Shown here piece after piece: positions 14,947 through 25,121 of a DNA stretch of 52,053 bases. The stretch covers positions 1 to 52,053 of the IMG/VR virus record IMGVR_UViG_3300033552_000012; one strand, written 5' to 3'. How positions within the stretch are numbered: position 1 is the first letter of the stretch; the number at the start of each line of letters is the position of its first letter. Origin of the DNA: a virus. Its lineage: Duplodnaviria > Caudoviricetes. A model generated the notes under the pieces. That model saw nothing but the letters and a program-made list of their open reading frames with translations. It did no database searches and was not told the DNA's origin. The position numbers were made by a program, and so were the translations under genes.

Positions 14947-16286
14947 TACTCAATACGAATGGGAATGAAAAACAGAAGGATTGCGCCAGGGCTTGGCTTG
15001 ATGATAGCATTAGTGATATTGCGTATGGTGGTGGAAAAGGTGGTGGAAAGAGTTACATCGGTTGTTCGCTTATTGCGGGGGATGCCCTGATGTACCCCGA
15101 TACGTTTTATTTTGTGGCGAGAAAGAAGTTAGCGGATTTACGTAAGTTTACCCTACCCTCTTTTCAGGAAGTTTTTTCTGCGTTTGGGATCACAGAGAAG
15201 TACTACAAATTTAACGGACAGGATAATTATATTCAATTTTACAATAAAAGCCGGATTTACTTCTTAGATGCTAAGTTTCTGCCAAGCGACCCTCAGTATA
15301 TGCGCTTTGGTTCGATGCAGATGACACGGGGTTGGATTGAGGAAGCTGGGGAGTTTGAGTTGGAATGTAAGAATAACCTCCAAGCAAGTATCGGAAGGTA
15401 CAACAATATAAAATACAAACTATCTCCTAAACTATTGATGACGTGTAACCCTGCCAAGAATTTTTTATATCCGGATTATTATAAACCTCATTTCGAGAAC
15501 AAGATCGAAGACCACCGGAAATTCATTCAAGCATTGCCAAGTGACAATAAAATGTTACCCGAAAATTACGTGGCGGGATTGTTAAAGATTTTGAGTCCCA
15601 ATGAGATTCAGCGTTTGATTTATGGGAATTGGGAGTTTGACGATAACCCGTATTCGTTATTTGACTATACGGATATTTTAGGAATATTTACTAATGAGTT
15701 TGTATTGCCTACTGAGCAACGGTATATGACTTGTGATATTGCTTACACCGGAAGTGACAAGTTTGTGATTATTCTTTGGGCTGGATTTGTGGTAAAAAAA
15801 GTAATTGCTATTGATAAGATTGACGACACGATGGTCTCTAATAAAATACATGAACTTAGAATTCAGTATGGTATTCCTTTAAAAAACGTGATTTATGATG
15901 CTGATGGACTACAGACTTTTACCAGACATTCTACAAAATCAGGAAACCTATTAGGGGCAACTCCTTTTAATAACGGGGGAACTCCTGTAAAAGTATCGGG
16001 TAAGACGGAAAGTTTTAAGAACTTAAAGGCGCAATGTTACTATTTGTTTGCCGATGCCGTAAAAAACAACGAGCTTTTTATTGAGGACAAGACTTACAGA
16101 AAGCAGATTATCGAGGAATTGGAGCAGATTAACCGACAACCACTTCTCGACGATGGAAAGATTGCGATGGAGAAGAAAGATGATGTGAGAAAACGATTTG
16201 GACGTAGCCCCGATTTTGCCGATGCTTTGATGATGCGCTACTTCTTTGAGATAAAAGGCGTTAAGAAAGTTTCAATTGTATGGTAA
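14937..16286 (+). CDS. terL: Terminase large subunit
   Basis: Walker A YGGGKGGGKS, Walker B GWIEEAGE, TCNP, nuclease CDIA and SPDFADALMM. Confidence 0.95.
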   Translation: MDIVLNTNGNEKQKDCARAWLDDSISDIAYGGGKGGGKSYIGCSLIAGDALMYPDTFYFVARKKLADLRKFTLPSFQEVFSAFGITEKYYKFNGQDNYIQFYNKSRIYFLDAKFLPSDPQYMRFGSMQMTRGWIEEAGEFELECKNNLQASIGRYNNIKYKLSPKLLMTCNPAKNFLYPDYYKPHFENKIEDHRKFIQALPSDNKMLPENYVAGLLKILSPNEIQRLIYGNWEFDDNPYSLFDYTDILGIFTNEFVLPTEQRYMTCDIAYTGSDKFVIILWAGFVVKKVIAIDKIDDTMVSNKIHELRIQYGIPLKNVIYDADGLQTFTRHSTKSGNLLGATPFNNGGTPVKVSGKTESFKNLKAQCYYLFADAVKNNELFIEDKTYRKQIIEELEQINRQPLLDDGKIAMEKKDDVRKRFGRSPDFADALMMRYFFEIKGVKKVSIVW

Positions 16287-16495
16287 AACCAAAAAGGAAA
16301 CCGCTAACCGAAGCCCAAAAAAAGTATATTCCGGATTTATTAGCCCCCGACACCATAGTTGAGGTGGTTAAAATAGACCGAGAAGGTGGAGCCATCAAGA
16401 AAGAGATGGAATACGGAAAGTGGAAGTTGTTAAAAAAACAAAAAGGGTTTACCTATAGGGCATATCAGAAAGGATTTTCGCAATTTATAACATAA
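16280..16495 (+). CDS. Hypothetical basic protein
   Basis: 71 aa overlapping the TerL end. Confidence 0.6.
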   Translation: MVKPKRKPLTEAQKKYIPDLLAPDTIVEVVKIDREGGAIKKEMEYGKWKLLKKQKGFTYRAYQKGFSQFIT

Positions 16496-16553
16496 AAATC
16501 ACAAGAAAATACTTGCAAAGTAATAATTTTATTAGTATTAATATTATTATTTA

Positions 16554-16561
16554 TATATTTG
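16554..16561 (+). promoter_or_regulatory. Putative -7 promoter element
   Basis: TATATTTG in an AT-rich gap upstream of the portal operon. Confidence 0.5.
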
Positions 16562-16592
16562 TAGTGAAATTAAGGTGAAAAAAAACTAAACT

Positions 16593-16850
16593 ATGTTCAA
16601 ACTCAAACTACCGATACTGTTGCACACCGAGCAGACAGAAAGAATGAAAGAATGGGATATAGAGGCGGATTATAACAACTGCCCTATCGAAACCATGACA
16701 TTTTACAGTATCAACGTGACGGGAACTTTCACGCAAAATGGCAGAGATTGGACTGAAATCCACAGCAACGGGGATATGTTCATTAGCCCTATGCTCGAAA
16801 AAGAAATAGAAAAACAAATCAGCACACAACATAATTTCACGCCCAACTAA
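16593..16850 (+). CDS. Hypothetical protein
   Basis: 85 aa. Confidence 0.65.
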   Translation: MFKLKLPILLHTEQTERMKEWDIEADYNNCPIETMTFYSINVTGTFTQNGRDWTEIHSNGDMFISPMLEKEIEKQISTQHNFTPN

Positions 16851-16852
16851 AG

Positions 16853-18496
16853 ATGATTATAAAAACGGATGCGGAAGCGGCAGTAATCCTTAAACTGCGA
16901 CAACAAATTACACCCGAATGGACGGCTAACCGGGAGTATTCAAGCGAACTAAAAGCCCTAGTCAACGGAGAAGGATTCATCGACGAATTGATTGATAAAA
17001 TCGATAACCTGGAGAGTGTCAATAAAGCAAATGCCCGTAAAAAATATTCCAGAAGCGTTCAAGATACCTTTACCCGACTTTTTCAACCGATTGAAAATAT
17101 TGGATTTGCCACAGGAGGAATGAAAGACTATGCCGTGGAAAACATGGAGGTAAAGAAAGAAATTCTTAAAAAAGTATCTAACATCAAGGACAACAAGCCT
17201 TTGAGCGAATGGATTCTAAGAAATGCGATTGACCTTATCAATACTGACCCGAATGGATTGATATTCCTAGAATACAAGACCAAGCCGGAAAAAGATATTT
17301 ACCCTACCTACAAATCAAGCAATAGCATACGCTACTACGAGCCTAATGGTCAGTTAGTTGAATATGTAATATTTGAGCCGTATACCGCAAACGAGAAAGA
17401 GCATTTCCGAATTGTGTGTGATAGCTTTGACCGAACCTTCAAAAGAGATGGGAATGAATTTCTAAAGGTTGAAGGACTTTCTTTTCAACATCCTTTTGGG
17501 CAATGCCCGGCAATTATCTGTTCTAATATTTCCTTTGCAGGGCAAAAGAATAAACTATCCGCCATTCATCCGGTTATTGGATTAGCAAAGGAATATGCCC
17601 GTGACCAATCATTTCTTACTTTATACAAGATTTATAAGGGTAATCCTATATTTTGGAGGTATGTTTCGTATTGTGGCGACTGTTCCGGATCGGGAAAAGT
17701 AAGCGATACTATTTGCACGAGTTGTGAAGGCAAAGGGAAGCACGTTTCTAAAAACGATGTGACCGATGTGGTAGAATTACCGATACCGGACGACAGGGAC
17801 GCTCCTATTATCGCTCCCAATATCGCAGGGTTTATTTCCCCTGATTTAGATGTTTGGGTGCAATACAATAAAGAACTAAATGGATTAGAGCAAAAATTAT
17901 ACAAGTCGCATTGGGGTACGATGTTTGGGATGCAGATTGAGTCGAGCAAAAACGCCAAAACAGCCACAGAGATTGTAGCGGATAAACAACCCTTGGAAAA
18001 CCAATTGAATAAGTATGCCGATTATATCGAGTATATCGAATGGAAATTATCGGAGTGGATTGTTAATTTCTACCACCGCAATAAAAAAAGAAATGATAAT
18101 GTAGTCACCATTAATTTAGGGCGTAGGTACATTATCGAGAGTTACGATATACTATTGGAACGCTACGAGAATAGTGTAAAAGCAGAAGATAATTCAGTGG
18201 TATTAGACAAGTTGTTCGTGGAATATTTGAACTCTAAATACCGAAGCAATGTTATTGACTTGCAGATTAACCTTACAAAAGCAAAGGTAGAACCGTACCT
18301 GCATATTACCCTTCAAAACGTAATTAAGGTATTGGGATTAGAAGAAGCACAACGTAAAATATTGTTCCCTAAATTTTGGCAAGGCGTAACGGAATTTAAC
18401 GACATTATTAAAATACAGAGCGATTTCGACACCTGGTTTGAGGCAAATAAAAAAGCACCGCCAGTAATTGAAGCAGTAAACCCTATAATTAAATAA
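16853..18496 (+). CDS. Portal protein (with CxxCxGxG zinc-finger insert)
   Basis: 547 aa after TerL; KTATEI motif; position in the head module. Confidence 0.75.
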   Translation: MIIKTDAEAAVILKLRQQITPEWTANREYSSELKALVNGEGFIDELIDKIDNLESVNKANARKKYSRSVQDTFTRLFQPIENIGFATGGMKDYAVENMEVKKEILKKVSNIKDNKPLSEWILRNAIDLINTDPNGLIFLEYKTKPEKDIYPTYKSSNSIRYYEPNGQLVEYVIFEPYTANEKEHFRIVCDSFDRTFKRDGNEFLKVEGLSFQHPFGQCPAIICSNISFAGQKNKLSAIHPVIGLAKEYARDQSFLTLYKIYKGNPIFWRYVSYCGDCSGSGKVSDTICTSCEGKGKHVSKNDVTDVVELPIPDDRDAPIIAPNIAGFISPDLDVWVQYNKELNGLEQKLYKSHWGTMFGMQIESSKNAKTATEIVADKQPLENQLNKYADYIEYIEWKLSEWIVNFYHRNKKRNDNVVTINLGRRYIIESYDILLERYENSVKAEDNSVVLDKLFVEYLNSKYRSNVIDLQINLTKAKVEPYLHITLQNVIKVLGLEEAQRKILFPKFWQGVTEFNDIIKIQSDFDTWFEANKKAPPVIEAVNPIIK

Positions 18497-18500
18497 AAGT

Positions 18501-18602
18501 ATGAGCGAATACAATACAATTGCAAACTTACTAATACTATCCCTGCTTAGTGGTTTTATAGGATTTACAACAGCAAAATTCTTTGATAAAAAAGAAAAAT
18601 AA
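18501..18602 (+). CDS. Small membrane peptide (33 aa)
   Basis: Manual translation MSEYNTIANLLILSLLSGFIGFTTAKFFDKKEK. Confidence 0.45.
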   Translation: MSEYNTIANLLILSLLSGFIGFTTAKFFDKKEK

Positions 18603-18640
18603 GACCAAAAAATAAATACAAACCAAATAAACAATTTAAA

Positions 18641-19165
18641 ATGAGCAATCAACATCAAATCATGGGCGTGTATACGCTGTACAAATTAGGAAGGGCATCA
18701 CAGAATCAGTTTGACGTAAAGGTCAAGTACTTGGAACGTGAGTTGCATATTATTCCAAATAGTTTTGCTGACGACACCAATGCTTTTTCGAATATTAACG
18801 GATTATTATACATAAAAGACGAAACTGCTACGGATAAGTATTTTCGTGGAGAAGAGTTCCAAAAACAGACCGAGTACACTGCTTTCGAGGAAGTAAAATC
18901 CCCTGTTATAGAAGTGGCAGCGGTAAAAAAAGCAGATGAAAAATGGGCTGATGCTGTAGAGGAAACGGTAGCAGAACCGGTAAAAGCAGCCTCAGATATT
19001 ATCGTAAACAAACCATCGGTATTAAAACCACTTAAAAAAGAGGATATTACGGAGAGCATCGAAGAGTTAAGAGCCTTGTTTACTGCGGAATCAGGTAAGA
19101 AACCACAGCCAATGTGGGGAAAAGTGCAATTAGTAAAAGAAATCAGTAAACTAAACAAAGACTAA
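18641..19165 (+). CDS. Hypothetical head-module protein
   Basis: 174 aa; C-terminal helix-extension-helix-like segment. Confidence 0.7.
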   Translation: MSNQHQIMGVYTLYKLGRASQNQFDVKVKYLERELHIIPNSFADDTNAFSNINGLLYIKDETATDKYFRGEEFQKQTEYTAFEEVKSPVIEVAAVKKADEKWADAVEETVAEPVKAASDIIVNKPSVLKPLKKEDITESIEELRALFTAESGKKPQPMWGKVQLVKEISKLNKD

Positions 19166-19166
19166 G

Positions 19167-19970
19167 ATGGCGATAGCAAATTTAACCGCAATAGAGGAAT
19201 CTTTAGGGATTGAGTCTGGGAAACTGACCGAAATGTTGTCGAGCGAAGAAGAGCATACGGTAGATTTAACCAAAAAAGTAATCTTGGACAAATCTGTTTA
19301 CGACGAGCGTATCTCCAATATCAAAAAAGACAGTTCGATTATGTCTAATGATATTTTTATCAAAGAACTCCGAAACGCTTTTGAATTGGAATTTGAGGGA
19401 AAGACCAAAGAGAATCTAATCGATGCTTTCAAGACTAAAATTGAGAAAGAGAAAGCCGAAGGAATTAAAGACCCGGAACAACGCTACACGACCTTAAAAA
19501 CAGACTTTGAAAAACTTCAAGCCAACTTCACGGCTAAGGATAAGGAAATTGAGGACATCAAGACTAGAAATAGCGAGAAGGAAAAAAGAAGCGTTATCGT
19601 AAATGAGGTATTCAAGTTCATACCGGACAACGCACTGGTTTCAAAAAACACTATTTTGATTGAAGCCGAGCAAAAAGGCTATAAATTTGACATCGATGAT
19701 GGAAAGACAGTAGTCCGTGATGAGTCAGGTGAAATCCTTAAAAACGAAACTACCTTATCTCCTAAATCCGTAAAAGAATTTATGGAAAGTTTTATTACGC
19801 CATTCTTACCTGCTGTAGAAGGCGGTGGAGGCGGAAAAGACGAAACAGGAGGCGGTAAAGCGGGAAGTTTTGATGCTTTTATGAAAGAGGCTGAAAAAAA
19901 CGGATGGGACAACGCCAAGGTGAATGAGGAAATAATGAAAAGGACTAAGGATGGAACTTTAAAATTGTAA
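19167..19970 (+). CDS. Capsid scaffolding protein (putative)
   Basis: Charged coiled coil with a Gly-rich C-terminal linker, upstream of the capsid gene. Confidence 0.7.
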   Translation: MAIANLTAIEESLGIESGKLTEMLSSEEEHTVDLTKKVILDKSVYDERISNIKKDSSIMSNDIFIKELRNAFELEFEGKTKENLIDAFKTKIEKEKAEGIKDPEQRYTTLKTDFEKLQANFTAKDKEIEDIKTRNSEKEKRSVIVNEVFKFIPDNALVSKNTILIEAEQKGYKFDIDDGKTVVRDESGEILKNETTLSPKSVKEFMESFITPFLPAVEGGGGGKDETGGGKAGSFDAFMKEAEKNGWDNAKVNEEIMKRTKDGTLKL

Positions 19971-19972
19971 CC

Positions 19973-20152
19973 ATGAGAGCCTTTCTGTACCAAACCTTAG
20001 AGTCTGTGCTAAAACTATTCTCTAACAAGAAAAAAGTTTCCAAGATAAAGCACGATATTCTCTATCAGAGAAAAATAGCCATCGAGACGTTTGAGAAAGA
20101 AAAGAAACACCTGCAATTCTACAGCGTCAAGAAACGATACAAAAAAGCATAG
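19973..20152 (+). CDS. Small basic protein (59 aa)
   Basis: Manual translation MRAFLYQTLESVLKLFSNKKK...KRYKKA; ends at a terminator. Confidence 0.5.
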   Translation: MRAFLYQTLESVLKLFSNKKKVSKIKHDILYQRKIAIETFEKEKKHLQFYSVKKRYKKA

Positions 20153-20188
20153 AAAAAAACCCATTCATTAATTTGAGTGGGTTTTTTT
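20153..20188. terminator. Bidirectional intrinsic terminator
   Basis: AAAAAAACCCATTCA-loop-TGAGTGGGTTTTTTT. Confidence 0.75.
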
Positions 20189-20205
20189 ATTCAGCAACTT
20201 ATTTG

Positions 20206-20275
20206 TATATTTGACATTCGCTACAGTAAAAAACATTAAACCCCTTTCATTTGTAGCGAGTGATAGGGGTTTTTA
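20206..20275 (+). promoter_or_regulatory. Moron promoter plus structured leader
   Basis: TATATTTG; TCGCTACA complementary to TGTAGCGA in the loop of the AAACCCCT/AGGGGTTT hairpin. Confidence 0.55.
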
Positions 20276-20290
20276 TTTAAATTATTCATT

Positions 20291-20494
20291 ATGACATTAG
20301 AGTTTAAAAAATTAATCGTACTAGAAGTAGTAAAAACTGCATTACAATTGTTAGTTACTTACATATTATTACGATTAGTAGAACATTACTACAAACCTTT
20401 AGATTATGTTTTAATAGGAACAGGTTTTTTAATGTTCGCACTTTATCAAGGTATAGATTTCACTTCAAAAAACATAAAAGATAGAATTAAATAA
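20291..20494 (+). CDS. Moron-encoded small membrane protein
   Basis: 67 aa, two hydrophobic segments, own promoter and downstream hairpin. Confidence 0.65.
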   Translation: MTLEFKKLIVLEVVKTALQLLVTYILLRLVEHYYKPLDYVLIGTGFLMFALYQGIDFTSKNIKDRIK

Positions 20495-20552
20495 AATATT
20501 TCCATATTAGTTACTAATTTTCACTGCAACACAAAGATAGTATCTCGTATTA

Positions 20553-20595
20553 AAAACCCACAACTCTTACTTGTAAAGTTGTGGGTTTCTCTATT
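20553..20595. terminator. Hairpin terminator
   Basis: AAACCCACAACT / AGTTGTGGGTTT. Confidence 0.6.
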
Positions 20596-20653
20596 TTTAG
20601 AAATAAATATTAATAAAAAGATTACAAATAATGCGTAGTATGGAATAATTTAA

Positions 20654-20661
20654 TACATTTG
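20654..20661 (+). promoter_or_regulatory. Putative -7 promoter element for the capsid operon
   Basis: TACATTTG ~160 nt upstream of the major capsid ATG. Confidence 0.5.
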
Positions 20662-20823
20662 TAAGATAATTGACGGTAAAGTCGATAAGCATCGGGCGGT
20701 AATGTCCAAAACTAATAAAACACATTACACTTTTGCTATCCTTTTTGCCGTTAATTTTTGCGTTTAATTGGATAAGTGAATTGTAGACATAAAAACAACA
20801 ATTAATCTTAAACTAAAAACGCA

Positions 20824-21861
20824 ATGCCGAATCGCACCACTGCAAATTTATTGAAGGCACAAGCAAAGCTTGTCGCAGCCTTCCAATCTTCTGAACTTAG
20901 ATTCAGATACCCAGCAACTTATTTAGCTTTAAAGGCTAACTCCCCAATTATGTTTCCGAACTACGAATCACTTCGTACAAGAGAGGACAGAACATTGGAA
21001 ACATTGTTCAATACTAGAGCTAAACGTTCTTTAGGAACAGGCGGAAGAACCCACAACCATACAGGTGTAAAAGTAGACACAGCGACCTTGACTCCTACTT
21101 GGGCGCAATACAATGACAATTTCAATATGTCATTGAAACAAGCTGATAACTCGCACTACAACGAGCAAGAGCAAATGAACTCGGAGTTAATGAATATCAT
21201 GTCTAACTTCATGGAAGGATATGAGACATTATCTACAAATTACATTTTTGCTAACCGTTCAGGAGTAAATATCGCTACAGCAGAAGGAACTTTTAATGCA
21301 ACTAATAATGTATTTAAAATTGCGGTAGCTAATGAAGCTAGAGCGATTCAAATCACTAAAATTGCCGTAGACGCAAACAAGTACCCAGCAGGAGCGACTA
21401 TTTTCTGTGACAGTATTGCGTATGCTAAATTCCAATTTCAAGCAGCACAAGGAGCAGCTAACAACACTAATTTATCATTCCAATTCCAAGGCACTACTTT
21501 TGTTCACTCGGTTGAATTGGGCGCATTGGCGGGTGCTTTGTTAGAATCAACAGTTGCAGTGTACACTAAAGGATTTTGGCTTGTAATTCCTACAGGAACA
21601 GTAGCTACTTTACCTTGGATTCCGATTCAAAACAGAAGAGGTGTTGTGACTAAAGAGAATGAATATTCTAGTATTATCAACCCAGTAGATGGCGAAACTT
21701 ATGCGGTACACTCTTATGAGACTAGAGCAGACGATTCGGCAAACAACGGATATACTCAGGATGTGGTTACACAATATCAAATTTCTCAGGATTTAGCCTT
21801 TGCTAAAGCCCCACTAACAGTAGCCAATGAGACTACAATTTTAGCGTTCGCAATAGCATAA
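20824..21861 (+). CDS. Major capsid protein (putative)
   Basis: 345 aa after the scaffold; A/T/N-rich; position. Confidence 0.75.
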   Translation: MPNRTTANLLKAQAKLVAAFQSSELRFRYPATYLALKANSPIMFPNYESLRTREDRTLETLFNTRAKRSLGTGGRTHNHTGVKVDTATLTPTWAQYNDNFNMSLKQADNSHYNEQEQMNSELMNIMSNFMEGYETLSTNYIFANRSGVNIATAEGTFNATNNVFKIAVANEARAIQITKIAVDANKYPAGATIFCDSIAYAKFQFQAAQGAANNTNLSFQFQGTTFVHSVELGALAGALLESTVAVYTKGFWLVIPTGTVATLPWIPIQNRRGVVTKENEYSSIINPVDGETYAVHSYETRADDSANNGYTQDVVTQYQISQDLAFAKAPLTVANETTILAFAIA

Positions 21862-22934
21862 TGATAAACATCAATAAAATACAAACAGCTATGTCAGGGC
21901 TTGTGGGGTTTAATCAACCGTACAACCCTGCCTATGCTATTGTAGATGTTGATAATCTTGCCAGCGAATCCGGTTACTTTGCTACCGACAACCCGTATGC
22001 CAAAATTGAATTTATAAAAGACAATCAGGATTACACTAACATTTCCAATACGAGCTTTAATTTGTTGCTAAAAAGCATCAAAAGAGCTTCGATAGCCAAT
22101 GTAGTCAATCAAGTATTTTCAGAATATGACTTCGTAGACAGGGCGGTTATGTATGCCAACGCTTCCAATAAAACGGAAATAGAGACATTGCCAATTGGTT
22201 TTGTGGGGTATAAAATAGAAGTGGGGAAAGAAAAAAATATAGCCTTTAAGATTAACCGAGTATTGCTTGATTTTCAAGGAACGGGAACTCTGACTATACT
22301 TCTTTGGAACACGGCTAAGAAAGACCCGATACAAACTAAAGCGGTCAACATCACCAGCGACCATCAGGTAGTAGAATTAAATTGGACAGTGGACAATTCG
22401 GACACCACTTACAAAGGGGATTATTACATTGGGTACAATACTCAAAACATCACCGTGAGTCCTTACAAAAGACAATTTAATAATGCCAATATAATGAGCC
22501 GATTCAGAGGGCTTTGTGTCGATAAAGTGGCGGTAAAAAACCACAGCACCAACCAATTATTTGATTTGCACGCTATTGTCGGGATGACAGAGGACTGCGG
22601 ATTGAATTTTGACATTAGCCTCTTTGAAGATTTCACTGATTTTGCCATCAACAACAAAATCCTTTTTTCACGTGCCATGCAACTTTCTATAATTATCAGT
22701 TGTATACAGATTTATATGGCATCGCTGCGAAGCAACGCCAATCAACAGCACGCCAATCAAGTCTACGAGAAGATTATGATTGAATTAGAAGGCACACGAG
22801 CAGAAAGCGTTATAAACATCAAGGGCTTAAAAAACCAATTGTTGAGCGAGATCAGTTCGGTAAAGATGGAGATAGCAAAACTCAAAATGGGATTTTCTAA
22901 AAAAGGGCAGATAATGGTTTCAACACTCAACTAA
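21861..22934 (+). CDS. Virion structural protein (head completion/adaptor-like)
   Basis: TAATG-coupled to the capsid gene. Confidence 0.6.
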   Translation: MININKIQTAMSGLVGFNQPYNPAYAIVDVDNLASESGYFATDNPYAKIEFIKDNQDYTNISNTSFNLLLKSIKRASIANVVNQVFSEYDFVDRAVMYANASNKTEIETLPIGFVGYKIEVGKEKNIAFKINRVLLDFQGTGTLTILLWNTAKKDPIQTKAVNITSDHQVVELNWTVDNSDTTYKGDYYIGYNTQNITVSPYKRQFNNANIMSRFRGLCVDKVAVKNHSTNQLFDLHAIVGMTEDCGLNFDISLFEDFTDFAINNKILFSRAMQLSIIISCIQIYMASLRSNANQQHANQVYEKIMIELEGTRAESVINIKGLKNQLLSEISSVKMEIAKLKMGFSKKGQIMVSTLN

Positions 22935-23467
22935 TGAATCACTTAAAAATAAACCCGATAGGACTCGATGCTGTTATCCATAACGTACAGGTGAAACTGT
23001 ATGATAAGTTAACTGCATTGTGGGCTACGGATTTAGAGGGGTATCCTAGGTGTTACTCTATTAAGAGAAACGGGAAGAAAACCATCGAACATTACATAGG
23101 GAACGGAGAATACAAAAACCTCTTTTATGCCGAGGATAACAAATTTTTCACCACTGCGGAGGACAGTGAAGTTTTAGTCAAGAATGGAAATTACAAGACC
23201 AAAATCGAAATCTTTTTCATTTTAAATTTACAAGGCATAAAAGGGGATATTTTGCACCGTCCCGATAATGAAGCAAGAACCGATGTAGTGAACGTATTGG
23301 ACACTATTGACGAGATTGAGGTCAACCGTATTGATTACGGGCTAGACTCGATATTCAGTTACCTCGATTGGAATGTACCGGACGATATGCAACCGTACCA
23401 TTGTTTCAGAATAGATTGTAACGTATTAGATTACGAATTAAACAAAACATATTGTGATTTTAACTAA
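22934..23467 (+). CDS. Putative tail completion/terminator protein
   Basis: 177 aa just before the major tail gene. Confidence 0.5.
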   Translation: MNHLKINPIGLDAVIHNVQVKLYDKLTALWATDLEGYPRCYSIKRNGKKTIEHYIGNGEYKNLFYAEDNKFFTTAEDSEVLVKNGNYKTKIEIFFILNLQGIKGDILHRPDNEARTDVVNVLDTIDEIEVNRIDYGLDSIFSYLDWNVPDDMQPYHCFRIDCNVLDYELNKTYCDFN

Positions 23468-23482
23468 AAAATAATAAAAGAA

Positions 23483-24403
23483 ATGGCTATACAATTAGGG
23501 CTTAATTGCCAAGCAGACAGAAGAAACATAGGGGTTGAAGCCTGTGTGGTAAAAGCAGGACAAAAGAAAGGACACATCCAAGTGCCACTTGACTGGTCGA
23601 TGAATGTTGCAACGGAAACGTTCAATAAACAGTATATCAATTCGCAAGTGCAAAAAGGTATTTTTAAGGTAATTGGTAATACTTATGCGGTGACTACCGA
23701 AACAGCAGAAGATACGACTCAAGAGAGTACTTCGGGTCAGTTATCAGTAGTACGTAAAGGACTTCCAATTGTAACAACTACCGTTAAAAAAGGGTATGAA
23801 GGACACGCTGGAATGTTTGATATGTCAGCCGATGGTATCTATGCCGTATTGGAAATATTTGAAACAGGCGTAATTGGCGCTGTGGTTTCTAAAGATGGAT
23901 TGACTATCTCAGGATTTGCCTGTGGTATGTACGAGGTTGCTACATTCATGGACAACAACGGTTCAGAATCATCTTCAACAATGATTAAATACCAATTAAC
24001 TGATGTAGATCAGTACAACAAACAAAGGGTATATTTAACCAATATGGACTTTAATCCAAATACCGAAATCTACAACATTGTGGATGTTACTTTATCCGGT
24101 AGAGCAGTAGTTACTGGAAACAAAATATTTGTCAAAGCATCTTGGTCAAGAAACTTAGGAGTATCTATCTTAGGATTAGCAGCAGCTAACTTTAAGGTGA
24201 GTATTAATGGGGTGGATTCTGTTATTACAGGTTCCGTTACCTATGATACCACAACAAAAGAGTATGCAATCACGCCAACGGCTACTTTAGCAGCTTCCAA
24301 TGTAGTAGTAGCGAAACTTTACGATGCAACGGCACTTGTTGATGTAGCAAAAGTGGGAACTAAATTCTACACGGGGTACACGCCAAGTATTGTGGCTGCG
24401 TAA
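23483..24403 (+). CDS. Major tail (tube) protein, putative, with C-terminal Ig-like segment
   Basis: 306 aa followed by a terminator, upstream of the tape measure. Confidence 0.65.
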   Translation: MAIQLGLNCQADRRNIGVEACVVKAGQKKGHIQVPLDWSMNVATETFNKQYINSQVQKGIFKVIGNTYAVTTETAEDTTQESTSGQLSVVRKGLPIVTTTVKKGYEGHAGMFDMSADGIYAVLEIFETGVIGAVVSKDGLTISGFACGMYEVATFMDNNGSESSSTMIKYQLTDVDQYNKQRVYLTNMDFNPNTEIYNIVDVTLSGRAVVTGNKIFVKASWSRNLGVSILGLAAANFKVSINGVDSVITGSVTYDTTTKEYAITPTATLAASNVVVAKLYDATALVDVAKVGTKFYTGYTPSIVAA

Positions 24404-24424
24404 GTAAAAGAGTATTAGATTCAT

Positions 24425-24457
24425 AAGGCGTAATATTAAGTTGTTACGCCTTTTTTT
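24425..24457 (+). terminator. Intrinsic terminator
   Basis: AAGGCGTAAT-loop-GTTACGCC-TTTTTTT. Confidence 0.75.
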
Positions 24458-24478
24458 AAACCAAATAAAAACACCAAG

Positions 24479-24664
24479 ATGATTACAATATTCAACATAC
24501 AAATATTCGGGGACGATGCGCTTTATTTTTGTTCGCTATCCAAAAAAGACCAAACGATTTGGATTAAGGAATACACCAACCAAAAGTCGTCAGTTCTTAT
24601 CAAAGAATTTGTCGATGCTTTTGCTTTATTGGAAGTACCTTGTTTAGACTGCAACTGTCAGTAA
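24479..24664 (+). CDS. Hypothetical protein
   Basis: 61 aa. Confidence 0.6.
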   Translation: MITIFNIQIFGDDALYFCSLSKKDQTIWIKEYTNQKSSVLIKEFVDAFALLEVPCLDCNCQ

Positions 24665-24665
24665 G

Positions 24666-25118
24666 ATGGGAATTTCCGCTGCCGAAATGGGACGCAGGAT
24701 ACAGGCACTTGCTAAGATAACAGTACTTCGGGAAATGGTCAACGAGGAGCTGATAAAAGAAGAGGATACCTTGCGGATGTTAAAAGAGCAGGATTTCTTA
24801 GAAGGAGATATTTACGGCAACGGGGCAAAAGACACTTATGCGTCAAGTCTTTACTCCGGGTTTAAGAAAAAACAAAACCCGATAGCAGGAGGTAATGTCG
24901 ATTTAATCCTAACAGGCGCATTTATCGATAGTTTCAAGCTGAACAAACCCAAAGAAAACCGCTATTTATTCGGGGCGACAGACCCGAAGAAATCAATATT
25001 AGTAGGAAAATACGGAATTGACATTATGGGATTAAACCAAGAGGTATTTAATAAATTCCAGAAAGAGATTATTGCACCGAGATTTGTGCAAAAAATAAAA
25101 GACCAATTAAACCGATAA
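24666..25118 (+). CDS. Putative neck/tail morphogenesis protein
   Basis: NVDLILTGAFIDSF resembles the virion morphogenesis LxxTG motif. Confidence 0.5.
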   Translation: MGISAAEMGRRIQALAKITVLREMVNEELIKEEDTLRMLKEQDFLEGDIYGNGAKDTYASSLYSGFKKKQNPIAGGNVDLILTGAFIDSFKLNKPKENRYLFGATDPKKSILVGKYGIDIMGLNQEVFNKFQKEIIAPRFVQKIKDQLNR

Positions 25119-25121
25119 CTG

